This document shows, in pieces, positions 53,954-64,000 of a stretch of DNA of 64,000 nucleotides; position 1 is the first letter of the stretch; every line of letters starts with the position of its first letter. This stretch comes from Camelus ferus (lineage: Eukaryota). The translations under genes and the position numbers were made by a program. The stretch is from positions 34,784,001 to 34,848,000 of the forward strand of contig NC_045696.1 in the NCBI RefSeq assembly GCF_009834535.1, in the 5' to 3' direction. The notes below the pieces were generated by a model that did no database searches, was not told where the DNA came from, and worked only from the letters and a program-made list of their open reading frames with translations.

Positions 53954-54455
53954 CACAAGATGCGGAGCTGTCAGTTTTTATGGGCTCAGTAATTTCGTAT
54001 GCTAATAAGTAGGAGGATCAGTCCAACTACTTTGGGGAAGGGGCAGGGATTTCCAAGAATAGGGCCTCTGCCCATTTTTTTGATCTTCTATGGTCAGCCT
54101 AGGAATTGTTATGGCACCTGTGGGTATGCCATGAGGCTAAAGGTCTACTGGAAGTCGAATCTTCTACCATCTTGCTTGTAACCAGCTTGTCTTGTCCTCA
54201 ATAGCTATGTCATTCCTTCAATGGTTGTACCCTGCCTCCTTCCCTCCTGTCCTAATTCAAGTAGTCAAGTATCTGGGTCACTTGAGGATTTGTAAAAGAG
54301 GAATTTCATGGGTGGAGCAGCCTGTTTCTTTATCTTGTTGTGTAGTTGGCCGTATGTTTCTTTGAGATGGATGTCTTTGAGGTAAATGCCTTCACAATCA
54401 AAAGCTTACAGGTACTTACAATCAAAAAAGCTAATTGTTAAGTGCTTACACTACA
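53450..54455 (-). mobile_element. ERV solo LTR (outer element of a nested pair)
   Basis: TG...CA boundaries with 4-bp flanks gtga/gtga. The left edge could alternatively be 53378. Confidence 0.6.
53789..54254 (-). mobile_element. ERV1-type solo LTR inserted in the outer LTR
   Basis: Starts tgttgccagagaataggttcttgtctc, has tttatt (minus-strand polyA signal) and (GA)n; 4-bp TSD attc at 53785-53788 and 54255-54258. Confidence 0.75.
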
Positions 54456-56464
54456 GTGAGGCAAACAGAAAAAATTAGCTTATTTAGCAGACTGCGAAGT
54501 GACAAGAATTATTTTAAGACAAATTGTGGCATACATGCATAATATTACACAAAGTTAAATATAAATAATTTAGGGAGCAAGTTATTTAATTACAAGATCC
54601 CTTTATTTTTTTTCTCTCCTTTCAGGTTCTTTTTTCATATTTCTATTTTTGTTTCATTTCCCATTAAAGTCAGCGGTCATGTCTTTAACCGTACATTAGG
54701 ATGTATATTATTCATTTTATTGGTCACTTACAAAGTGAAACAATAAAAACTCAAATCATCCTTTACTACAGGAACAGTTATAAAAGCAATGATAATATCG
54801 AACTTCCGTAACAACTGCATCAGGGTGAAGTGTTTTTAACTGCCCTAGTGTCATTGTCCGAACATGAATTAGGACCATTGTGTGTCACAAGAGGCCTTTC
54901 ACCCAACAGTAGTTGAGAAATCCTATCTGGACTAAGTCAATAAATCAACTCCAAAGTCAAAGAAAGAATCCAAATTTTGTCACAAAATGACTAAATATGT
55001 TTAGGCATTCATTTTATTTCACAGGCAAATGCGGTCCACTGATATCAAAAAGAAGGCTTTATGAGTAAAATCATGAAAACTGCACTGGGGAAGTAACTTT
55101 AATAAAATTCCAAAGTTTAGAATATCATGAAGATGACCCACTCCCATGTATTCCCAAAATCGGGAGGGTTTTCTTTTATATAGTGATTTATTCCTATGGC
55201 TGTAAATGAAAGAGTCTGATCGTTTGTAGCCCATGCAGAAATCAACGGAAGCATGTGAAAATCAGAGCCATACTTGAGATCACCGGGAGTCTGACATTTA
55301 CAAAGATCTCTAGTTATAGAAGCTCATGGTTTTCTTCCATAATTTGTTGTAGTGTGAACCACTGGTTCAGTCAGGAAGCTCTCTTGCCACTACAGACCTT
55401 TAAAGGAACTTCTCTTTAGTAGCTGATTGACAGCTGTTCAATAAATCTTCAAGATGATTTGTTCATGAGATTATAGACATTGGTTATTACCTCTAAAACT
55501 TATTTTCAGTTAAATATAAATTATTTCCTACAAGTTTAGTCATTTTATTCTTATTTCTGGTCTCCCACTTTCATTATTGTAAGATATTAAACCTAGATAT
55601 GAATTTTATTATTGTAAAATGCTGCCATTTGATTACTTCCTGGCTGTAAGGACAAGAAGTCAACTTCACAATGAGTTCTTAGCACAGTGGTGGCTTGTTT
55701 TATGAATTTTGGTGATAAACACTTGACTTTGGTGCCCAACATTAGTCATCTATAAAATACTTTTTTATGTTCAGAGAGATGGAGCTAAAGAAACAGCAAT
55801 AGAATAAAATGTACACGTCTTCAAAAATAAAGCTATTTCCCATTTTAACTGACAATTGGGCAAGACTCATTTAATGTTTAAAATTACAAATGTTTGTGGT
55901 GTAGTATTGGAAAGTAACTTCTTATTACCTTAAATTACTTACTGTAAATTTCCTTATACAGACAATTGAGTCTTATATTTATCACTTATCTTTAAATGAA
56001 TGAGAAAGATAACTTACCATAATTAGGATGAAAGTTTTCTCCTTATTAATACTAATGAGGAAAACATCAAAGGGTGAGAGTTAAGTTTAACAATGCATTT
56101 TAAAAGTACAGATTTCTGTGGGGCTCAGAACAGATCTCAGTTTTCTCCTAGTTTTGATGCAAACTTAAGGCATGTTGCTTTTTTAAATTTCAGATATTCT
56201 CTAACGTCTAAAAGTGACATGAAACTCACCACACATTTTATTCTATCTCTATTTATATTTCTATCTACCTATTTATCTATTTACTTATGTGTATCTATCA
56301 TCTTCAGTATTGTCTTGCCTCCCTTAAATGATTAAGTTCTTATAAGCCTGGACTCTGAGTTTCATTAAGCTAAGTATATAGTGAAGTACTGTATACCAAA
56401 GAGATTTGTAAATTCAATCTCTGATTAGCCACTAAGTAAATACGGAGTCTCTAAGACTATCCTG

Positions 56465-56600
56465 CTGATACTGTAGCAGCTAACCCCATGTAACTACTGA
56501 GAACTTGAAGTGTGGGTTGTGTGACTGAAAAACTGAATTTTAAATTTTATTTAATTTTAAGTAATTTAAAAACTGATACTTGATTCATTTATTGGAAAAT
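56465..56600. mobile_element. MER3/MER33-like hAT-Charlie fragment
   Basis: gtaactactgagaacttgaagtgtggg...gtgactgaaaaactgaattttaaattttatttaatt. Confidence 0.6.
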
Positions 56601-57062
56601 TTTTAACTTTGGAAGTATTCAGGAGTGAAATGTAATGATATCTGCAACGTACTTTGGAAGGTTTGACGAAAGGCAAGTGTGTGTGTGTGTGTAGGTAGTG
56701 TGTGAGGCAGAATGTTAATAGTGGGTGAGTCATGACAATTTTTCTGTGCTGCTTTCATTCGATTTAACATTTTTCAAATTAAAAATGTTTACATATGAAT
56801 TTTCTCTTGTATACGTGACATAGGGGAAAAGAAATGTGATTAATAATTCCATAACCCCAACATAGAAGTGACAAATATTTGTACCATATATAACAAATGG
56901 TTAATAAAACTAGTATAGAAGAAAACTTTAAGATCAATAAGAAAAAGAAAATTGATGAAATAACATGAATAGGTTAGCAACAAAAGAATAAAGACAAATG
57001 GCCAGTAGACTTACCAAAATGTTTATTATTGATAATCAAAGGCAAGAACTTAGATACAATAC

Positions 57063-57876
57063 TGAGTTGAAAAAATTTAGTTTTCTACCTGTGTTTCTCT
57101 CTTACTCTCACATAGAACACGTCACTTTGGTCACCAAATGTGTGATTTTTTGCCACACCAAGCAATTCTCTGTGACATCAGCTGGTATCCTACAACTTAA
57201 TTCTAACACTGGAGATAGTGCCAGATTCCACACCTTAAGGACTGAGTCCCACAAGACTGCCCCTCTCACCTCAGAGGTCATCCTCAAGTTAGAACCTCCC
57301 CAGGTTACCCACAATGTCTCTCTGATTTGTTTACAAATCAGAGGTTCCCACGACCCCGCCCTCAGTTTCAGTCAATTTGCTAGAGTGGCTCACAGAACTC
57401 AGGAAAACACTAACGTTTACCAGTTTATTAAAAGATATGACAAAAGATACAGATAAACAAGTAGATGAAGAGCTACATAGGGTGATGTTTGACAGGATCT
57501 GGAGAGCAGGAGCTCTGTCCCTGTGGAGCTGAGGTGCATTTACCGTCCCAGCACCTGGACGTGTTCACCAACCTGGAAGTTCTCGGAACCCTCTACTCTT
57601 GGGAATTTGGGGAGACTTCATCATGGGGGCATGAACAATTATTAATTCTATTTCTAGCCCCTCTTCCCTTGCTGGAGGTTGAGGGATGAGGCTGAAAATT
57701 TCACACTTCTAATCATTGCTTGGTGAACAGCCCCATCCAGGAGCCATCCAGGAGTTTACCTAGAGTTGCCTCAATAGAACAAAAGATGCTCCTCGTGCTC
57801 TTATCACTTAGGAAATTACAACGGTTTTAGGACCTCTGTACCAGGAACCAGTACATATATTTTCTATTATCTCACA
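57063..57876 (-). mobile_element. MER21-family solo LTR inserted in an old L1 fragment
   Basis: agtcccacaagactgccc...aatttgctagagtggctcacagaactcagg...gtgttcaccaacctggaag; TG...CA ends; exact 5-bp TSD aatac at 57058-57062 and 57877-57881. Confidence 0.9.
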
Positions 57877-59199
57877 AATACCAAGGTAGAAATTTTGCTT
57901 CTCATTTAATAAAACATTTTACAATTATAAATAGTGTGATGGTCCAGGGAAACAGATGATCTCAAGCTGCCATAAAAGTATAATATCTTGAGAAAACTAT
58001 TTGTAAATTTGTATTAAGTCACCCTAAGAAGATGAGAAATGTCAGTAAAAATATACCTATGGAGATTTTTTTAAAGGAGAATTTTTAAAAGGCAGAATAT
58101 TACAGATTCTGGGTTCTGTTTCCCCATTTTTAGAATAGAAAACATTAAAAATGCCTGCCCCTGGGTGGAGCTGCAGGTATTCCCTGAAATAATGATTGCA
58201 AAATTAAGAGAATTAAATGAGATAATGAATGCATAGTAAATGGCACTCAGTCAGTACAGTATTCAAATAAAAATGACCACACAGACTCACTGAGGGGATT
58301 ATATAAATAAATTATATAATTTCAATATAACAAGAAACAATGGATTCATCATAGAATATGTGTTCAAAGATTTCTAGCCAATATTTGAAAAGAAAAAGTC
58401 AGGTTTACCAAAAAAAAAGTGTTCAGTATGACTTGATTTTGTAAAAAGATACATGAATAGTTACATTTATACTCATGTAAAAGTATAGAAGGCCATATAA
58501 TGAAACACTAACAGTGGATTTTTAGATAGTAGGATTATGGATAATGTTATTTTTTTTCCTCCCTGTGTTTCCCATAGTTATTTCATTTATGGATGCAAAA
58601 TAATTCAGCAAGAACATGACAACATTCTTTGAAAATAGAACATGATTTCTTTTTCACAGGCCAGATTAGAAAAAGAAAGTTGATAAGGAAGATGAGCTGA
58701 AAGTACTGATATGGCAGGAGTTCAGCTTCATGTGAGAGGGTGTCTTGGGAAGGACTTCAGGTGAACATAATGAGGATAGTGTCATTTTTTATTAGAAATA
58801 TAGTTGTTTGGTGAAATCAAATGGACTAGGGTAAAAACTGATTCTGATGTTCATTGTGCTTTGATTGGAGGAAATTTTCTTTAACTTTTCTGAGTTTCCA
58901 TCTTCCCACTTGTATGCTGAGAATAATATTAACCTAAATAAGAACACTGTGATCTTTAAATGAAATGACGAAAGTGGGGAGGAAAGTAGGAAAGCTATGA
59001 GAAACCAGCATTTGTTTGATACCCACTTTGGCAAATATCAAGCTATTCAATTTACAAACATAATCTCATTTAATCTTCATAGACCAGTGAGGCATTCTGG
59101 ATGCAATTCCCTGCAAAGTTCACCTGACTTCAGCTGTTAATGTACAGAGCCTGCTTTACAAGTCCTAAAGCCAGATCCTGGAAGTATAATGTTTCCTTT

Positions 59200-59670
59200 G
59201 TCCCCACAGCCTGAAATGAACCATTTTGGCAGGTGTGACAACGCTGAGAGTGTAACATGTTCTCATTCGACCTTAAGTTCTACCAAGATGCTTGCACGTG
59301 AATCTATAACAAAATTCAGAAACACAGAAACGGGGGTTAGCCTCGTAGCCCTCTGGAAGACTTGGATGAAATAGGGTGATAGAGGGTTCAGCCAGCCACA
59401 GAGGAATCGAAATCAGGCGGATTCAAGAAAATGCCATTTGCATTTGCACTTTGTTTATAGCTTTTGCATCTTCTTAGTGAATCAAATCGTTCCCTGAAGA
59501 TTCACAGGCCTGGGTTCAGCACATAACGGAGATAAGGAGACCCAATTGCATTTTCAAGCCTCGGATAAACAGATCAAGATAGCATTAAAATTAAGAGACA
59601 GAGAGATCAGTAATACATTGTTACAGCTTTGAGGTTGGGTGGAAATTATTATACTTCTACCGTGTCTTTG
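59200..59670. promoter_or_regulatory. CpG-retaining unique block with an octamer/Sox/forkhead motif cluster, candidate enhancer
   Basis: CACGTG 59295, ATTTGCAT 59436-59443, CTTTGTT 59449, TGTTTAT 59452, AGATAA 59530, CATTGTT 59616. Confidence 0.35.
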
Positions 59671-61476
59671 CTCCTGAGACACTTGCTATACCACACCACT
59701 GAATTATAGACATTTATTACCCTTAATACATTCACTTCTTGTCAGCAGCTTCTGGGCATAGGGGAAATGATGTTCAGTTTAAGACAACATAACTGTAAAT
59801 CCTAATCCATTAATTTACTTTTATCAAGGTAAGTTCTTGCAATTCAAATCGCTTGACTGAAAAGTTGTTATTTTATCATTCTAAATAAAAGCTGCATTTC
59901 TTCTTTGCTTAATTTACAAATTAGGTAGTATTTCTCCTTTTTAATTGCCCATGCTAACAGTTTTAAGTGTATGGGCCCATATGGAACAGTACAGCATGAA
60001 AATAATTTAGATCACCATGAGTGTCTTTCTGATTCTCCCCAGTTTACTGCATTATTAAATATTACATAAATTATTCAATGTCCTTTATATCAAGCATATA
60101 TTTTTTTCTTGCAAATAGGATCAAGACTAAGTGGTGTTACTTAGGGTTACAAGACCCAGATTATATAATATCTTTTTTTCTAACAACAAAAAAAGGCCTA
60201 CCCTTAATTTATATACTTTGCTGATAGAAACACAGGGGAAAATGCAATGACAGAAAAACGGGGAGGCACTTTAGTTTATTTACACAATAAATAGCCACAT
60301 TTGTTGGTATTTAATGTTTAGTTTTTTTAACTGCCTCTGTGCCCTGAGAGAAAGATTTGAGCATGTACTTTCTTCTTGGTTATCTGGCCCCAACAGAAGA
60401 TTGCCTGGGAGCTGGAGAAGTAGGCATTTAAAAACCCAAATATTTAATTATGTCTCCTGGCCTGGTTAAGGAGGCAGCATGTCCTTTAGCGAAACAAGAA
60501 TGCCTCTGCATGGGCTGGGGCTTGGCAGTGTCTGAGAATGAGTGTCTGACACTCCTTGCACTGGATGGGGAGCAGTCTGAGAGCTTATCAGCTTTCTACT
60601 ACTTCCTGCTTGTAGCTCTGTTATTTTCAAAGATGGTGAATTCCCAAACTGGACATACTGAGAACCAATTGTAAGTATAATAGGTATGCTAAACAAGGTG
60701 GCCCATTTTTCTGTTAGACTTGTTGTTCATTCTATATATATTGATCTCAAATTTACTTCCACATAACTGCTACCCGTTGGTCCTGATTCTTCTTCCTGAA
60801 GCAACATGAAAGAACCCTTTTTCTTTTCTATACTACAGCTCTTGTCTATTTGACATTTTCTATGATCCATGGAGGGCCATGTTAGACTATGCAATATTTT
60901 GATGTGTTTCCTGAAATAATTAGTTATATACACATCCATATTATAATAGAGGATATCAAATTATTTCTTAAGGATCAAAGACTAGCCCTCCTTGAGACCT
61001 AAAATAAAACCTGTAAAATATTTTCAAATTAACAATATTTAATCACAGCATCCTTGCATCACTATAAAAACTTTAGCAATTAGTGAATATGTGATTACAC
61101 GTTAAAGAAATATGAAAAATTGAGACTGTAGTAGATGTTGTAGTTGTAAGGAAATCTCTTGACCTAACTGAATAATAAAATGTCTTTAGGGCATTAGACT
61201 GCTTATGAAATCGGAATTTATTGGTAATTCCTTTGGAATGTGTGAGAAGGTACATGTCATTGGGGTGGTGAGAGGTGTTTTGATGAAAGCCAGTGGAATA
61301 TTCCTAAGAATTTCATTTTAAAAGAAACAAAAAAGAGCATAGTGCAGTTAACATATTGCATGCCTGTCGGCATCTTATTCTAAAAGCACTTTCCACACAA
61401 GAGTAATTTTAATAATTAGGACTGCCATTACGCTACTGCTGACAACTTCCAAATGTCTATAGGGAACCGAAGGTTA

Positions 61477-61538
<62 letters not shown>
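61477..61538. repeat. (TG)n microsatellite ending in (GC)n
   Basis: Directly visible, with one interruption at ~61491. Confidence 0.95.
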
Positions 61539-61539
<1 letters not shown>

Positions 61540-61964
61540 CTCGCTCCTCCATTTGGGTACCTTTGTCCTCTGCTCCTCAGCGGTATTTAGTTGGCATAAA
61601 ATCAGATCTCACTAGTTAGGATTAGCCTTAGTCAATGAGGGTAGGTGAGGGGTAGAGGAAGTAAAATTCTAAAATTAATACTATTTGAAAATATCGCGTT
61701 CACTAGTATTGTTTCTCTGTGCTTTAAATTTTTTTCTTGAATATGGAGAAAACAATGGTAAAGATAAATTTTATAAATCCCAATAATACAACAAATACCA
61801 ACAGAAGTTTTTTTTTTTTTTTGCTCTAAGTGTCAAGCCAGACCCTTGAAAGTCTTGTATGATATTCTTTTTAGAGCAGATGAAAGGAAGTTCTGAGATC
61901 CAGAGGGCTCTACAGGGGTTATGCAGAATCAAGGCAGAGGAAAAACCAAGGTATTTTCATTCCC

Positions 61965-62126
61965 ACTCTCACTGCATCGGAATCACCTGAAAGATATTTT
62001 TAAAGTGCTGATTATGCCCAGAGAAGTTCTGATTTTACTAGCCTGAGGGGCTTGGGCACTGGTATTTTAAAAATATCTCCTTAGGTGACATTAATGGTGT
62101 CGCCAGGGATTGGGACAACTGGTCTA
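61965..62126. mobile_element. MER5A-like hAT-Charlie MITE
   Basis: ctgcatcggaatcacctg...ttctgatt...ccttaggtgac...gccagggattgggacaactggtcta. Confidence 0.75.
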
Positions 62127-63193
62127 CTTTAGAACATCATAGACATCAAACTCACACTTAGTAGGTCCCACACTTGATCTAGGCATTTTCATTGGAATAC
62201 ACCTCAATGTCTTTAACTAGTTGGGATGCTTTATTCACTTCCAAAAATATAGTTGTTTATTAATAAATGGTTAGCTTAATATTATATCCATTTATCTTAT
62301 GTCTGGCTACCACTTATCAATAAGACTGAATGGCTAGTCTGTCTTGCCTCAACTGCCATTCTTCCCTTCCCATACCCAAGGCAGGTATTTCTAATAGTCC
62401 TGGATTACCAGTTAGCCTAAATAAAGCATCACGATCTTTCTGAGTACAGCATTTAAGGTAGCCATGACTACAGGGTCAGAGTTGTCATGTGTTATGTAAT
62501 CTATATACTGCTTCTGCACAAAAATTAAAGTATTAGACATTTCCTCAGAAAGGCATTTGAAATGAGATTTATAAAAGTTATGTGTTCACTGACTGCAGGA
62601 TACATAATAAGCTATTTTTCATTATTTTATTATGAAACAAATGGGAATAAACATTCATAAAATTCTACAGCAAAAAATGTTTAACTATGAGGGCGACATA
62701 AGGTAATTTAGAGAGAGAGGGAAATGCAGAATTCTGGAGAAACAAGGCCAATGTTTAAGTCATATTCAGTGTCCAGACTAAGGGTTGTGTTCTGGGGAAT
62801 GTATGTTACTTGAGTTACGACATGTGAGTATATATGACAGTTAGGAAAGGATGATTTAAAAAGAATATAATATGACTTGGTAGGGGCCAGTGAAACAAAC
62901 GTTTGCTTGGTTCAGTCTGAAATAATCTCTTGTTGATTTATATAAAATCCAACTTTTGTAGTAGGAGTTAGGGAAAGCACAAAAGTCGTATGCAAAACAT
63001 CTTACATAAAGACTGAAATATTTAAATAAAAATTACTATTAAAACTCCTATATTTAAACACTAGGAAATACATTTAAAGAGAGCACATGTAGAGGAAAGT
63101 TGTGCAGAGTCCATTTAGAACTTGTCACTTATTGTGCCCTTTTTTTTCTTGTCTCAGAAGATATCTTAGCTTTTTTTTTTTTTTTTTTCTCAC

Positions 63194-63340
63194 TTTCTTC
63201 CTTAGGTCCATTTTGTTTTCATACTGTTCTTTATCTCTCCAAAATGTATATCCTTAATCAGTGAGATAAAGCATTTCTTATAATTATACCCAGAGTCGGT
63301 GTGTCCATGTCCTGGTCCCTTCTGCCAACATTGACGATAC
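63194..63340 (-). other. Candidate 147-nt exon carrying a stop in every frame
   Basis: Acceptor cttccttacatacgtag|gtatcg; donor GAAA|gtgaga. Frames: VSSMLAEGTRTWTHRLWV*, YRQCWQKGPG...KTKWT*, IVNVGRRDQD...ALSH*. Confidence 0.3.
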
Positions 63341-63507
63341 CTACGTATGTAAGGAAGCTCTCTATTAAGTTCATCTAATATTGCCATAATTTCACAAGGC
63401 AGCACTGGCTCCCAATGTAGTTAACAGTTTTCTTGCAACAGTTTCTTTTCAGTTTATATGACTTTATTTCATATTTTCAGTTCTTTAAAATTATTTTTAT
63501 TTTACAG

Positions 63508-63666
63508 AAAGACAGCACTTCCCTCCTTCTATCAAGAAACTGAACTCCACTAACAACATATCACAACTCTCAAAAACCATCTGGATTTGCCCTTAGCAGT
63601 GTCTTAAGCTTACTTAGAAGGACAACTTTCAACAGAAACTGTCCTAGAAACAATTTTATTCAAAGG
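63508..63666 (+). ncRNA. Candidate non-coding exon (159 nt)
   Basis: Acceptor ttatttttattttacag| and donor AAGG|gtatgt are both near consensus; stops in all three frames. Confidence 0.3.
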
Positions 63667-64000
63667 GTATGTATACTTTTCTTGAAAAAAATGTAAATAT
63701 TATTTCAACAGCATTTAAAACATAGTTGTAACAGCAGAGCAGTACTAAGAATCTATGTGCTATTTAATTCCTCAATTAGCAAAATGTTATCTGACAGTTT
63801 ATGTGTCTCTGTATTCATTTTTAGAGCTTTTTCTTAATATTTCTTTCTCTGTTTGAAGTATATGTCTTTGTGTGTATGCTGCTTTTATTTATATGGCTCT
63901 TTATAGGTTAATTTCTGAAATATTTATAAGGACCTTTCTTTATGTCCATCTATTTGTATCTGTGTCTTTGACCTTCTGGATCCATCAGTGGTCAGAGTAC

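Noticed and set aside
56998..57689. 152-aa and neighbouring ORFs
   Set aside because: Almost entirely within the MER21-family LTR.
15471..63340. Assigning gene symbols to the candidate exons
   Set aside because: None of the translated peptides matched a protein I can recall with confidence; a BLAST search is needed.

Overview
AT-rich, CpG-depleted mammalian genomic DNA, most likely from a camelid (alpaca, llama or camel), because it carries two tRNA-derived Vic-1-type SINEs. It is not prokaryotic, so there are no CRISPR arrays or operons. About 1-50 kb is dense in transposon fossils: L1, L2, MIR, MaLR/ERV solo LTRs, Tigger1 and hAT MITEs, several with readable target-site duplications (TSDs) and nested insertions. 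About 50-64 kb is mostly unique sequence with CpG-retaining, motif-rich blocks that look like enhancers. Nearly all ORF-track entries are chance frames or repeat remnants. Splice signals suggest the 3' end of a plus-strand gene (exons 15471-15557 and 15937-~16020 with AATAAA). They also suggest the 3' end of a convergent minus-strand transcript (candidate exons at 63340, 51374 and a terminal exon 36835->~36500 with AATAAA). I could not name either gene. Other oddities are a TSD-flanked L1 that keeps only its 5' end and an unidentified ~480-bp insert inside an old MaLR LTR. I found no convincing novel biological system. Repeat family names come from recalled consensus similarity, not a database search, and boundaries without a TSD are approximate.
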